Shown piece after piece: positions 1-9,875 of a stretch of 61,561 nt of DNA. The notes under the pieces are model-generated. The model saw only the letters and a list, made by a program, of their open reading frames with translations. It was not told where the DNA came from and did no database searches. A program made the position numbers and the translations under genes. This DNA comes from Firmicutes bacterium CAG:822 (GTDB lineage Bacteria > Bacillota_I > Bacilli_A > RF39 > UBA660): positions 1 to 61,561 of the forward strand of contig HF990865.1 of the NCBI GenBank assembly GCA_000432855.1, read 5' to 3'. Position 1 is the stretch's first letter; each line of letters opens with the position of its first letter.

Positions 1-632
1 GCAAACTTTTACCTTTTACAAAGCAAATTCCTAGTAAATAAAAATAGACTATATTATTCATCATTGAAATATTATCAGCTTTAATTAATCTAGAATAAGT
101 AAAAACTATATCTTACCACATAACACCAAGTAAAAATCTATAATCTCCTATTAATTCTTTTTTAAACAATTTATTACAACATGAAGGACTTTCATAAATT
201 ATCAAATCACAATTATCAGTCATATTATAATATCTTCCATTCAATTTAGAATCATACTTTTTGAACGCAAATGAATCATCATTGACAAAATTTAAAGAGG
301 TTGTAATTATGTCAGGTAAATTATTTTTTTGTGTGGCTTCATACATACTTAAACTAACATAATCATCGGCATCTACAAACCCAATATACTCTCCTCTCAG
401 CTAATGAAAGGCCAACATTTCTGGTCATACTTTGGCTGATATACTCTTCATTGTGATACACGTACAAACAAGGACATTTTTCAGCATAGTCTTTCAATAT
501 TTGTAAACTATCATCATTAGAAGCATCATCAATAGCAATTATTTCTATATCATCAATGGTTTAAGTTTCTAAGCATATCTTAAAGTACATAGAAGCATTA
601 TATACAGGTACAATTACCCTAACCTTTACCAT
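1..632 (-). pseudogene. family 2 glycosyltransferase, decayed; continues past window start
   Basis: Minus-strand reading from ATG 630-632 gives MVKVRVIVPVYNAS..CLET*TIDDIEIIAIDDASNDDS, a GT2 N-terminus. There is an in-frame TAA at 561-563. A frameshift sits in the GAGAGG run near 391-400, after which ..GEYIGFVDADDYV continues in the frame of ORF 113-346. A second in-frame TAA at 113-115 is followed by DIVFTYSRLIKADNIS to the window edge. Confidence 0.75.
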
Positions 633-730
633 AAACTAGCAACTTATAACTTTATTTAATTATAACACAACTGCTAACAAATATTTATGTTAAGAATAAT
701 ATTGAAACTATTAAAAAAATTAAAAAATAA

Positions 731-755
731 AATTCCCTTACAGCTTAAGGGAATT
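731..755 (-). terminator. rho-independent terminator downstream of tRNA-Leu
   Basis: 10-bp stem AATTCCCTTA / TAAGGGAATT with a 5-nt loop. It is followed on the minus strand by a T-rich run. Confidence 0.6.
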
Positions 756-766
756 CGTTTTATATT

Positions 767-852
767 TGGTGCTCGTGGTGGGAATCGAACCCACATGGCC
801 AAAGGCCACACGATTTTGAGTCGTGCGCGTCTACCAATTCCGCCACACAAGC
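767..852 (-). tRNA. tRNA-Leu (anticodon CAA), class II with long variable arm, encoded CCA
   Basis: Reverse complement is GCTTGTGTGGCGGAATTGGTAGACGCGCACGACTCAAAATCGTGTGGCCTTTGGCCATGTGGGTTCGATTCCCACCACGAGCACCA. The acceptor stem GCTTGTG/CACGAGC pairs, the anticodon loop is CTCAAAA, and a GGTTCGATTCC T-loop is present. Confidence 0.93.
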
Positions 853-895
853 AACAAAAATATTATAGCATAAATATTTATAAAATCAAAATATT

Positions 896-1846
896 TTATG
901 CTATAAATAGATAAACATAATACATTATAAATATACAAATCATAAACATAGCTTCTCTTCTGCTAATGACTCTCTCACTTTTAGCAAACACATAAAGGAA
1001 AAGGGAAGACAAAAGTACCACTAAAATATCAATAAAATTAAAACCGCCTAAGTCGACATTACCATAGATAACTACTGGCACTCCTAGAACAACACATATA
1101 TTAAATATATTAGTTCCTATTATATTGCCAACAGCCATATCAAATTCACCTTTTCTAGCACTTGTAACTGTCATAACAAGTTCTGGTAAACTAGTTCCAA
1201 TAACAATAATTACCATCGTTATAATTTTTTTACTTATATTTAATTTATTAGCCAAAGCAACTGCATTATCGACAATTAAATCACTACTAAATATTGTAAT
1301 TAACAAAGCCAAAATAATTAAGAGAATCGACATAAAAGCTCCATACTTTATTTCTTCATCACTTTTATTATCAGCACCTTTTTTTACCAAACCTATTAAA
1401 TAAATTACAAATATACTAAAGAATAAAACTAAAACTAAACCATCAGGTCGAGAAAACACATTACTTGTAATGGGGTCAAACATTCTATCAAGCATTAAAA
1501 TTGAAAACACCGTAGTAATCAAAAGTAAAATTGGTAATTCCTTTTTTATCGTTGCATGCTTAACTTTTATCGGCTTAATAAATGCAGCCACTCCAATAAT
1601 TAAAAGAACATTAACAATACAACTACCAATCACATTAGCAAAAGCTATCTGACCATCGCCATTTTGAACACTTTGAAAAGATATTGCCACCTCAGGTGCA
1701 CATGTGCCAAAAGCCATAATTGTTAGGGCCACTAACATTTTTGGAACATTAAACCTTAAAGCTAAAGAAGAAGCCGCCGTAACCAAAACATCAGCTGCCT
1801 TAACAATTAATATTAGACCAAAAACCAGTAAAATTAGTTCTTTCAT
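896..1846 (-). CDS. Ca2+/Na+ antiporter, CaCA (YrbG-like) family
   Basis: Polytopic membrane protein with two alpha-repeat motifs, FGTCAPEVAIS and IGTSLPELVMT. Confidence 0.8.
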   Translation of the reverse strand: MKELILLVFGLILIVKAADVLVTAASSLALRFNVPKMLVALTIMAFGTCAPEVAISFQSVQNGDGQIAFANVIGSCIVNVLLIIGVAAFIKPIKVKHATIKKELPILLLITTVFSILMLDRMFDPITSNVFSRPDGLVLVLFFSIFVIYLIGLVKKGADNKSDEEIKYGAFMSILLIILALLITIFSSDLIVDNAVALANKLNISKKIITMVIIVIGTSLPELVMTVTSARKGEFDMAVGNIIGTNIFNICVVLGVPVVIYGNVDLGGFNFIDILVVLLSSLFLYVFAKSERVISRREAMFMICIFIMYYVYLFIA

Positions 1847-2421
1847 TCTTCTTCCTTATATTTTGAAGAAAACAATTCCGTAGTTTCCGTAGTTTCTTCT
1901 TTCTCTATTTTTGGTAATTCATCCAATGATTTTAATCCAAAATAATCTAAAAACTGATCAGTTACACCATATAAAATCGGTCTTCCCGGAAGCTCAGATC
2001 TTCCAACCTCTTTAATCAAATTTTTCAAAATAAGTTTTCTCATTACATATACCGAAGAAACACCTCTAATTTCATCAACCATTAACCTGGTTATCGGTTG
2101 ATTATAAGCAATAATAGCTAAAGTTTCTAAGGCGGCTGGACTAATCGTATCCGAAATTTCGGTATCAACTAATTTTTTATAATATTCCGAATGTTCTTTT
2201 TTAGTAACTAATTTATAATTATCGTTATATTTTTCTAAATTTAATCCTCTATCATCTTTACTTAAATCACTAGCATAATCATCTAATATTTTCTGAAATT
2301 CTTCCTCAGAAACATCCAAAACATTAAGTAACTTTTCCTTTGAGATTCCCTCATCACCTACTACAAACAGTAGACCTTCTAAAACAGCTTTTAAATTCAC
2401 TCTACATTTCCCCTTTAGCAA
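1843..2421 (-). CDS. scpB: segregation and condensation protein B
   Basis: LEGLLFVVGDEGIS..AALETLAIIAYNQPITR..IRGV matches ScpB. It overlaps scpA as in the usual operon. Confidence 0.9.
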   Translation of the reverse strand: MLKGKCRVNLKAVLEGLLFVVGDEGISKEKLLNVLDVSEEEFQKILDDYASDLSKDDRGLNLEKYNDNYKLVTKKEHSEYYKKLVDTEISDTISPAALETLAIIAYNQPITRLMVDEIRGVSSVYVMRKLILKNLIKEVGRSELPGRPILYGVTDQFLDYFGLKSLDELPKIEKEETTETTELFSSKYKEEE

Positions 2422-3136
2422 ACAATGTTATTTCATCTAAATTGTTATCTTGTTTAATCTTTAATCTACCACTTTTAGCCAAATCCAATATTGCCAAGAA
2501 AGTAACTACCACATAATCTTTACTTCTAATATCAAACAAATCAGTAAAATATATCTTTTTATCCTTCTCTAATTTACTCATTATGTCATGGCATCTAGCT
2601 CGAACTGAATATTCTTTTCTAGTTACCACTGTATTAAGTGGCTTATCAAGTTCTTTTCTCTTTTTAAAAGCCACAAACGCTTGTACTAAATCATCCAAAG
2701 ATAAGTCATCACTAATTAAAACCTCATCATTTTTAAATTCAGTTAATTCACTAGGCATTTTAGAATACATAAGTTTACGTTCTTCTTCGAGATTCTTAAA
2801 TTTGGAAGCAACTTGCTTATACTTTTGATATTCTATTAATCTATTAATTAATTGTTCCTTAGGATCTTCCTCATAATCATCAGAATCATCATTATTCTCA
2901 TTAGGTAAAAGCTCCCTTGATTTCATCTCAATAAGTTCCGCAGCCATTACTAAATACTCACTATCAATATTTAAATTAAGTATTTCCATACTTTCGATAT
3001 ATTTTAAATATTGATCAGTTATTTCAGCAATATTAATATCAAAAATATCGATATCTGATTCTTTAATTAGATGTAGTAATAAATCTAACGGACCTTGAAA
3101 CTTATCTATCGTAAACTTATAATCCATATCTATCAC
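2402..3136 (-). CDS. scpA: segregation and condensation protein A (kleisin)
   Basis: FQGPLDLLLHLIKESDIDIFDINIAEITDQYL N-terminus typical of ScpA. Confidence 0.9.
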   Translation of the reverse strand: MIDMDYKFTIDKFQGPLDLLLHLIKESDIDIFDINIAEITDQYLKYIESMEILNLNIDSEYLVMAAELIEMKSRELLPNENNDDSDDYEEDPKEQLINRLIEYQKYKQVASKFKNLEEERKLMYSKMPSELTEFKNDEVLISDDLSLDDLVQAFVAFKKRKELDKPLNTVVTRKEYSVRARCHDIMSKLEKDKKIYFTDLFDIRSKDYVVVTFLAILDLAKSGRLKIKQDNNLDEITLFAKGEM

Positions 3137-3229
3137 CTTAGTTATTATAACATTTTCTTTTTTATTTATTCAAGTAAGACTTTATAGGCAAAAATTTAAT
3201 TGTAAAACAATAAACTTAATTATAGAAGG

Positions 3230-3463
3230 ATGATCGTTATGATAGCACGTATTGTTTTTTTCCTAATTGGATTTGGTTTTAGTATAATTGGATTTGTTTT
3301 TATTATAAGTTATTTAAACTTGATGACTATTGGGTATAATTTTTTTGAATATGTAAAATTTATAAGTAGTAGTATTGAATGTTTAATTGGACCTATTGGT
3401 CTAATTATAACATTTCTTGCGATTTTTCTTCCAGGAGGCAAAAAAAATGAACTACATATATGA
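3230..3463 (+). CDS. small membrane protein, unknown function
   Basis: 77-aa ORF with two or three hydrophobic helices. No recognisable motif. Confidence 0.4.
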   Translation: MIVMIARIVFFLIGFGFSIIGFVFIISYLNLMTIGYNFFEYVKFISSSIECLIGPIGLIITFLAIFLPGGKKNELHI

Positions 3464-4085
3464 TGTTGTATTAAACTTTCAAAATGAATATTACGATTTT
3501 TATGATTGGAATAAAAGTGATAACATATATCACATGCGCAAAATTCCGATTCTTAAAATAAGCAGTGCGCAACTTTTAGATATTAAAAACAACACCGTTA
3601 AATTTAACGATGATACCTTTAAAATACTAAATGTTAAAGCCGAGAGATTTAAACAAAACAGTATCTCCAAAGTAAAATATACAATTATTCTTGGTGATGA
3701 ACACGAAACCCTCGCCATAAAACTAAATAAAAATGGTTTAGTTCACCTTAAAAGTTCTTTATTTCCAGATGAACAAGATGACATTATAGAAATTTTAAAA
3801 TTTCAAAATGAAACTAAATTAAATTATCAAATAGTAAAAAGTCATAAAATCAACCCATTTAAAACGAGATTTGAATTAGAACACGAAAATTTCATTCATC
3901 ACGAATTGGATGAAATCTATAAACAAAAAAACATTCAAAAATTAAACTATTTGTGCTTAGAATGTTTCGGTAAACCAGAAAAAAATCCCAATCATGCATA
4001 CGAAAAATTAAAACAAGAAATAAACAATGCCAATGAAAATTTCCAAAAAATATATAATATTTTTAAAATTACAAAACAAAAATAA
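3447..4085 (+). CDS. hypothetical protein
   Basis: ORF 3417-4085. Start moved to the ATG preceded by CCAGGAGGC (MNYIYDVVLNFQNEYYDFYDW..). No family recognised. Confidence 0.55.
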   Translation: MNYIYDVVLNFQNEYYDFYDWNKSDNIYHMRKIPILKISSAQLLDIKNNTVKFNDDTFKILNVKAERFKQNSISKVKYTIILGDEHETLAIKLNKNGLVHLKSSLFPDEQDDIIEILKFQNETKLNYQIVKSHKINPFKTRFELEHENFIHHELDEIYKQKNIQKLNYLCLECFGKPEKNPNHAYEKLKQEINNANENFQKIYNIFKITKQK

Positions 4086-4097
4086 AAGGGATATAAA

Positions 4098-4610
4098 TTA
4101 TCCCGCAACGTTAAAAATAAATGGTAAAGCAATAATAAACACTAAAAGTATTACAAATAAAATTACTAAAAATCTTTTAGTTTCTTTTTTATCTTTAATT
4201 AGTTCCAAATTTTCTTCTTCAGAATTTTCCTTACCTGTACCAGTCATTTCCGGAGTTACTGGTGGAACACCAGAAATAATTGGAGTTTCAGCAGCAGGGG
4301 GCTCAGTAGTCTGCCCTACCGTCGCTGGAGCTTCAGAAGTATTTTCTGATGTTGTAACTTCTGAAGTAACACTAGCCATTACCGGGGTCCCAAAACTTTC
4401 AGAAGTAGTTTCTGGTATTGTAACTTCTGCAGCATTTGAAACTTCTTCGGTAGTATCTTCTGACATTGGAGTTGATGCCTCTGTAATTACAGGACTTTCA
4501 GAGGTGGCAGAAGTAGTATTATCAACTTGATCGGCAAAATCAAAACTATAATTCATATTATCATTCGTTTGACTATCCGCATTATTTATTATATCTTTCT
4601 TATCATCCAT
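4098..4610 (-). CDS. tail-anchored membrane protein with acidic Thr/Ser/Glu-rich disordered N-terminal region
   Basis: Start moved to the ATG after GGAGGG (MDDKKD..). Long T/S/E/P low-complexity stretch and a single C-terminal TM helix (FLVILFVILLVFIIALPFIF). Confidence 0.6.
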   Translation of the reverse strand: MDDKKDIINNADSQTNDNMNYSFDFADQVDNTTSATSESPVITEASTPMSEDTTEEVSNAAEVTIPETTSESFGTPVMASVTSEVTTSENTSEAPATVGQTTEPPAAETPIISGVPPVTPEMTGTGKENSEEENLELIKDKKETKRFLVILFVILLVFIIALPFIFNVAG

Positions 4611-4661
4611 AAAAAATCCCTCCATATTCTAAAACAATTATATCTAAAAAAAATATAAAAG

Positions 4662-4699
4662 TCAAAATAAAACTGATAAGTTTTAAAACCTATCAGTTT
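4662..4699 (-). terminator. recA terminator
   Basis: Stem AAACTGATA / TATCAGTTT overlaps the recA stop codon. A T-rich tract follows on the minus strand. Confidence 0.55.
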
Positions 4700-5697
4700 T
4701 ATTTCATATTATAGTGTTCACGAACCTTTTTATTAATTTCCTCTTCTACTTTAGGATTAGCTTTTAAATATTCTTTAGTATTTTCTTTTCCTTGGCCAAT
4801 TTTTTCACCATTATATGAATACCAAGCACCAGATTTTTGAATAATATCCGCTTCTGCACCTAAATCAATAAGCTCTCCCTCATGTGAAATACCAGTACCA
4901 TACATAATATCTACTTCACAAGTTTTAAATGGTGGAGCCATTTTATTTTTAACCACTTTAACTTTTACCTTATTACCAACAATTTCCGTACCAAGCTTTA
5001 TTTGCTCACTTCTTCTAATATCAAGTCTAATAGAAGAATAAAATTTTAAAGCTCTTCCTCCAGGAGTTACTTCTGGATTACCATAAACAACCCCAACTTT
5101 TTCTCTTAATTGATTAATAAAAATTGCAATAGTGTTTGTTTTATTAATAACACTTGCAAGCTTTCTAAGCGCTTTACTCATAAGTCTAGCTTGAAGACCT
5201 ACTTGTGAATCACCCATTTCACCTTCTATTTCTGCTTTAGGAACTAATGCCGCAACTGAGTCGATTACAATAACACTAATCGCACCACTACGTACCAAAG
5301 CTTCTGTAATCTCTAAAGCTTGTTCACCATTATCTGGTTGTGAAAGTAATAATTCATTAATATCTACACCTAATCTTGCCGCATATTGTGGATCTAAAGA
5401 GTTTTCTGCATCTATAAAAGCAGCTTTTCCTCCAGCCTTTTGTGCTTCAGCAATCGCATGAAGAGCAAACGTAGTTTTACCACTAGACTCAGGTCCAAAT
5501 ATTTCTATAATTCTTCCTTTTGGATATCCTCCAATACCTAAAGCTACATCTAAAGCAATACTACCACTAGAAATTACATCTATCTCTCGATGATCATTAT
5601 CGCCTAAACGCATTAATGATCCTTTACCAAATTGTTTTTCAATATCAGCTAAAACCTGTTTCAAATTTTGATCAGCTTCACTAGTTGATTTTGCCAT
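4699..5697 (-). CDS. recA: recombinase A
   Basis: GPESSGKTT Walker [22 protein letters not shown], and full-length RecA-like sequence. Confidence 0.98.
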   Translation of the reverse strand: MAKSTSEADQNLKQVLADIEKQFGKGSLMRLGDNDHREIDVISSGSIALDVALGIGGYPKGRIIEIFGPESSGKTTFALHAIAEAQKAGGKAAFIDAENSLDPQYAARLGVDINELLLSQPDNGEQALEITEALVRSGAISVIVIDSVAALVPKAEIEGEMGDSQVGLQARLMSKALRKLASVINKTNTIAIFINQLREKVGVVYGNPEVTPGGRALKFYSSIRLDIRRSEQIKLGTEIVGNKVKVKVVKNKMAPPFKTCEVDIMYGTGISHEGELIDLGAEADIIQKSGAWYSYNGEKIGQGKENTKEYLKANPKVEEEINKKVREHYNMK

Positions 5698-5803
5698 TTA
5701 TTTTCCTCCTTCGCTCCTACAATCACATTTTATAATATCTAAAATAAATTGTCAACACTTTTACGAACATTTGTTCAAAAAATAATATTTAAAAAAGGAA
5801 CTT

Positions 5804-6403
5804 TTACATTCCTTCGTCAAATATATATTTTTTATTCATTACAAAATATTGAATTCCAGAAATAATTGAAAGAACACAAGCAACAATAAGTAAAAAATCT
5901 GAAATATGAATATTCCATAATTCAAATGGTAAATTATAGAACAAAGTAAGTACAATACCAATCATTAATGAAGCAGTTTTAAATTTACCTGTTTTAATAG
6001 CCGCTACTACATTACCTTTAGAACCGGCCACCATTTTAATTGAATCGACAATTGTATCTCTAACAATAATAACTACTGGAATAAGTGGATGAATAAATCC
6101 TTGTGCACACAAAATAATTAATATTGAATTAACTAAAATCTTATCCGCAATTGCATCCATCATCTTACCAAAGTCAGTAATTAAATTACGAGAACGCGCA
6201 ATATAACCATCTATAAAATCAGTAAGCGAAGCTAAAATAAACAGTATTCCAGCTATTGGATAGCGAATATCCACTCTTATAGATTCGTTAATAAAAAGTT
6301 GTGTTACATTAATTCCCATAGCCGAGAATGGAAATAATAAAATTAAAATAATTAAAAAAGTCATAAAGATTCTTGTCATTGTTAATTTATTTGGTAAATT
6401 CAT
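5804..6403 (-). CDS. pgsA: CDP-diacylglycerol--glycerol-3-phosphate 3-phosphatidyltransferase
   Basis: CDP-alcohol phosphatidyltransferase motif DFIDGYIARSRNLITDFGKMMDAIADK. Its position between the rodZ-like gene and recA matches Bacillus. Confidence 0.9.
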   Translation of the reverse strand: MNLPNKLTMTRIFMTFLIILILLFPFSAMGINVTQLFINESIRVDIRYPIAGILFILASLTDFIDGYIARSRNLITDFGKMMDAIADKILVNSILIILCAQGFIHPLIPVVIIVRDTIVDSIKMVAGSKGNVVAAIKTGKFKTASLMIGIVLTLFYNLPFELWNIHISDFLLIVACVLSIISGIQYFVMNKKYIFDEGM

Positions 6404-6409
6404 AATTTA

Positions 6410-6880
6410 CTACCTACTTTCTGTAATAATAGTTCCTTCGACAAAATCGTCATTTTCGGACGTATTCAAACTAATTATTAAATAAATTATAAGAGCAATT
6501 AAAAGTGCTATAATCACGTAAATTCCAAACATAATAAGTGAAGTTCTATTTTTTCTTTCCATAGTATAAGGTGATTTTATTTTTCTTGTTTCTTTTTTAC
6601 TATTCTTAGCTGCTTTAATATCTTCTAAAGAAAGTCTTGAAGTATAATCAAATAAATACTCATTAAATTCATCGATTAAGTCTTCTTTATCTAAACCTAA
6701 ATATTTTGCATAATCTCTAATAAAATATTTTAAATAAAACATATCTTTAAAAGCTTCCGTATTTCCAGCTTCAATGTTTTCTATTTGAGATGGCCTTAAT
6801 TTTAAATCTTCAGCCACTTCTTCAATTGAAACACCAATGCTTTCTCGGGCTTCTTTTAATTTTGCGCCAATCTCTTTCAT
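6410..6880 (-). CDS. RodZ-like membrane-anchored XRE-type HTH protein
   Basis: N-terminal HTH (IGAKLKEARESIGVSIEEVAEDLKLRPSQIENIE) plus a single TM helix. It lies upstream of pgsA like B. subtilis ymfM/rodZ. Confidence 0.7.
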   Translation of the reverse strand: MKEIGAKLKEARESIGVSIEEVAEDLKLRPSQIENIEAGNTEAFKDMFYLKYFIRDYAKYLGLDKEDLIDEFNEYLFDYTSRLSLEDIKAAKNSKKETRKIKSPYTMERKNRTSLIMFGIYVIIALLIALIIYLIISLNTSENDDFVEGTIITESR

Positions 6881-6904
6881 TATAATCCTTCCTTAATATA
6901 CAAA

Positions 6905-7255
6905 AATAATATTTTATAAGCCATGTTCTGTTCCTATCTCTAGGCGGCAAACATTTATCTATTGCTAAAAGCAATCCCATAAGAAATTCTTATTCTCTCC
7001 TATTAGGTTCCCCTACCAAAATTTGGGTTTCTTACTTGCGGGGTTTACCACGTTTCACTCTTTTATTTCTAAAAGCATCGTCACTGCGGCACTTTATGAA
7101 GCATCACCATATCCAAAGACTTAGGTTAAGCCTCGCCGTTAGTCAAAAAACTACCATAGGTTATTTTTTCCCTATGCACAAACACTACAGTCATCACAGA
7201 CTGTGTAAGCATGGACTTTCCTCTACATTACTAAGAATGCAGCGTTTGCCAAAAT
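6905..7255 (-). ncRNA. rnpB: RNase P RNA (bacterial, probably type B)
   Basis: The minus strand contains the universally conserved P4 halves GAGGAAAGTCCATGC (about 7213-7227) and ACAGAACATGGCTTAT (about 6916-6931). ATAATATTTT / AAAATATTAT could form P1. The plus-strand ORF 7036-7278 is spurious. Confidence 0.88.
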
Positions 7256-7256
7256 A

Positions 7257-7592
7257 TTATTTATTAGTTTCCCCATAAATGATTTTTTCAAGATTAGAAA
7301 GACGTCTTAATAAATCTGCATTAGACACTTCAGTTGGAGACACATTTCTTAAAACATCCAACTTCGTTCTCGCATTACGAACTTCCTGTTTTAATCTAAT
7401 GTTTTCATCAATTAAATCTTTCTTTTCGCGTTCCAAATCCTTAATCATTGAAATCATTTCATCATAATCACTTATTACTTCATCTAAGAATTTATCTACC
7501 TCTTGGGGTCTATAACCTCTCGTATCGATTTTAAACTCTTTTTCCAAAATATCTTTTGGTGTAAGTAATAATCTTTCTTGAAGCACGGTCAT
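7257..7592 (-). CDS. gpsB: GpsB/DivIVA-domain cell-cycle protein
   Basis: Start moved to the ATG after AAGGAGGGG. LLLTPKDILEKEFKIDTRGYRPQEVDKFLDEVISDY is the DivIVA N-domain, followed by a coiled coil. Confidence 0.8.
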   Translation of the reverse strand: MTVLQERLLLTPKDILEKEFKIDTRGYRPQEVDKFLDEVISDYDEMISMIKDLEREKKDLIDENIRLKQEVRNARTKLDVLRNVSPTEVSNADLLRRLSNLEKIIYGETNK

Positions 7593-7673
7593 CCCCTCCT
7601 TAAACATTATCATTTTCTCAAAAAAAAGACTATTTGTCAATGACCATAAATTGCCATATAAATAGTCTTTATA

Positions 7674-8054
7674 TTATTTAGTTTTTTGTCGTTCTTTTTC
7701 ATTTTCCAATTCCACCGCATCATCCACATTTCCACAGACAATAGCTTCTAATAAAGGAGTTAAATCAGGAAGACTATTTTCTTTTTTAACTTCTTCTAAA
7801 CCTTTTAAAATAATCAAAGATTGTAATCCTTTATCAGCATATTTTAAATATTCTAAATTTTGTTTTATTGCAATAGATACAATATCCACATCTTGTTTTA
7901 ACTCTTCACTAGCAAACTCTAAATTACTACCATCTTTAGCTACTGCAAGTAAAACTAACGCTTTATCTTCTGTTATACATCTAGGTGCACAATATAAAGA
8001 TACACCAGCCTCGATTCTTCTTGTCCATTCATTTCTCGAATTTTCGCTAAGCAT
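7674..8054 (-). CDS. DUF4116-like repeat protein
   Basis: Repeats of the type LLAVAKDGSNLEFASEELKQDVDIVSIAIKQNLEYLKYADKGL. The family name is from memory. Confidence 0.45.
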   Translation of the reverse strand: MLSENSRNEWTRRIEAGVSLYCAPRCITEDKALVLLAVAKDGSNLEFASEELKQDVDIVSIAIKQNLEYLKYADKGLQSLIILKGLEEVKKENSLPDLTPLLEAIVCGNVDDAVELENEKERQKTK

Positions 8055-8126
8055 AATTTCACTCTCCTTAAATTTGTACGTATTATAACACCAATAACAA
8101 ATTTGTCAAATCAACACAAATAAAAG

Positions 8127-9875
8127 CTATTCCAAAATAGCTTTTATTCTTCTAACCCCCGCACTACTAGCCTCTTCTTTCTTAATCTTAAAGTGTCCAA
8201 GTTCACCTGTATGACTAACATGTGGGCCACCACATAATTCCATTGAAACGTCACCAATTTTATAAACGGTAACTATATCAGGATATCTATCTATAAATGT
8301 ACATTCCGCACCAGATTTAATAGCTTCATCCTTACTCATTTCTAATTTTTCAACTAGAATATCTTCTTCAATCCATTTATTAACTAAATCTTCTGTTTGC
8401 TTTTTCTCTTCATCAGTCATTTTATGATCACAAGGAAAATCAAATCTTAATCTCTCAGGAGTAATATTACTTCCTAATTGATGAACCTCTGGTCCAATAA
8501 CCACTTTTAAAGCCGCATTTAGTAAATGAGTAGCTGTATGATATTTAGTTTCTATCTCAGTATTTCCAGATAAACCACCTTTAAATTTACCCTTAGAAGC
8601 TGTCCTAGATTTTTCTTGATGTTCTCTAAATTTCTCATAAAATCCATCCACATCGACATCCATACCTCTATCTTTAGCTTCTTCTATTGTAAGTTCAATT
8701 GGAAAACCGTAAGTATCATATAATTTAAAAGATGTATCCTTATTAATAACACTTTCATCAGAATTAACCAATTTTTCGAACTCTCTTAAACCTTTTTCCA
8801 AAGTTCTACTAAACTTCTTTTTCTCGTTAGCTAAAACATCTAAAACTACTTGCTTATTATCTTTTAGCTCACTATAATACTTCTCATATTTACTTATAAT
8901 TAGCAAAGCAATTTGTTCATCAAAATTGCTATTAATATCTATACCGAGTTTTCTAGCTTGACGAATAGCTCTTCTAATTAACCTTCTTAAAATATATCCT
9001 TGATCAGTATTACTTGGTTTAATACCAGCCGGATCTGCCGCAATAAACACGGCAGTTCTAATATGATCAGCTACAATTCTCATTGCTTTCTCATTGCCTT
9101 CATAAGATAAACCAGTAATCTTTTCTAAAAGACTAATTACATCTGACCAAATGGAACTCTTATAGTTATCATCCACACCTTCTAAAACAGCTACGATACG
9201 TTCTAAACCCATACCTGTATCAACGTTTTTCTGTTTTAACTCAGATATATTGCCATTCTCATCTTTATAAAATTCCATAAATACATTATTCCAAATCTCA
9301 ACCCATCTATCATCTTCAGAATCAAATTTTTCTGGAATCTCATCGTCACTTCTAAAATAGAATATTTCTGTATCTCCACCACAAGGACCAGCATCTCCAG
9401 CAATCCAGAAATTATCACCAATACCTAAATAGGCAATTCTATCATCACTAATACCAAGTTCTCTCCAACGATTAGCTGCCACTTCATCGCGTGGAATCTT
9501 ATCATTACCTTCAAATACTGTAACCGCAAGTCTTTCTACTGGAATATTTAAAACTTTAGTCAAAAACTCAAAACTATATCCAATAGCTTCTTCTTTAAAA
9601 TAATCACCTAAACTCCAATTACCTAACATCTCAAAAAAAGTATGATGTGTTTTATCACCGATTTCATCCAAATCAGTCAACCTAACACATTTTTGATAAT
9701 CACAAAGCCTTTTCCCATAAGGATGTTTTTCGCCCATCAAATAAGGTACAAGTGGTTGCATCCCAGCCGTATTAAATAAAACTGTTGGATCGTTTTCTGG
9801 TACTATAGGTGCGCTTGGAATTTGTTTATGTCCATTTTTTTCAAAATATTTTATAAATTCTTCTCTAATATTCAT
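8127..9875 (-). CDS. alaS: alanine--tRNA ligase, compact 582-aa form lacking the C-Ala domain
   Basis: The N-terminus FIKYFEKNGHKQIPSAPIVPENDPTVLFNTAGMQPLVPYLMG is canonical AlaRS. The editing-site motifs HTATH (HxxxH) and CGGPH (CxxxH) are present. The protein ends soon after them. Confidence 0.85.
   Translation of the reverse strand: MNIREEFIKYFEKNGHKQIPSAPIVPENDPTVLFNTAGMQPLVPYLMGEKHPYGKRLCDYQKCVRLTDLDEIGDKTHHTFFEMLGNWSLGDYFKEEAIGYSFEFLTKVLNIPVERLAVTVFEGNDKIPRDEVAANRWRELGISDDRIAYLGIGDNFWIAGDAGPCGGDTEIFYFRSDDEIPEKFDSEDDRWVEIWNNVFMEFYKDENGNISELKQKNVDTGMGLERIVAVLEGVDDNYKSSIWSDVISLLEKITGLSYEGNEKAMRIVADHIRTAVFIAADPAGIKPSNTDQGYILRRLIRRAIRQARKLGIDINSNFDEQIALLIISKYEKYYSELKDNKQVVLDVLANEKKKFSRTLEKGLREFEKLVNSDESVINKDTSFKLYDTYGFPIELTIEEAKDRGMDVDVDGFYEKFREHQEKSRTASKGKFKGGLSGNTEIETKYHTATHLLNAALKVVIGPEVHQLGSNITPERLRFDFPCDHKMTDEEKKQTEDLVNKWIEEDILVEKLEMSKDEAIKSGAECTFIDRYPDIVTVYKIGDVSMELCGGPHVSHTGELGHFKIKKEEASSAGVRRIKAILE

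Noticed and set aside
687-914. 75-aa plus-strand ORF.
   Set aside because: It overlaps the tRNA-Leu(CAA) gene and its terminator on the opposite strand. It has no RBS, and its composition is driven by the tRNA sequence.
4027-4530. Antisense ORFs inside real genes: 4027-4530, 1125-1403, 2583-2828, 11001-11243, 23892-24152, 26795-27064, 28697-28954, 36020-36430, 38563-38802, 41702-41956 and similar.
   Set aside because: Each is nested opposite a confidently identified protein gene. They are Ser/Leu/Phe/Ile-rich as expected for antisense reading of AT-rich coding DNA, and they lack ribosome-binding sites.
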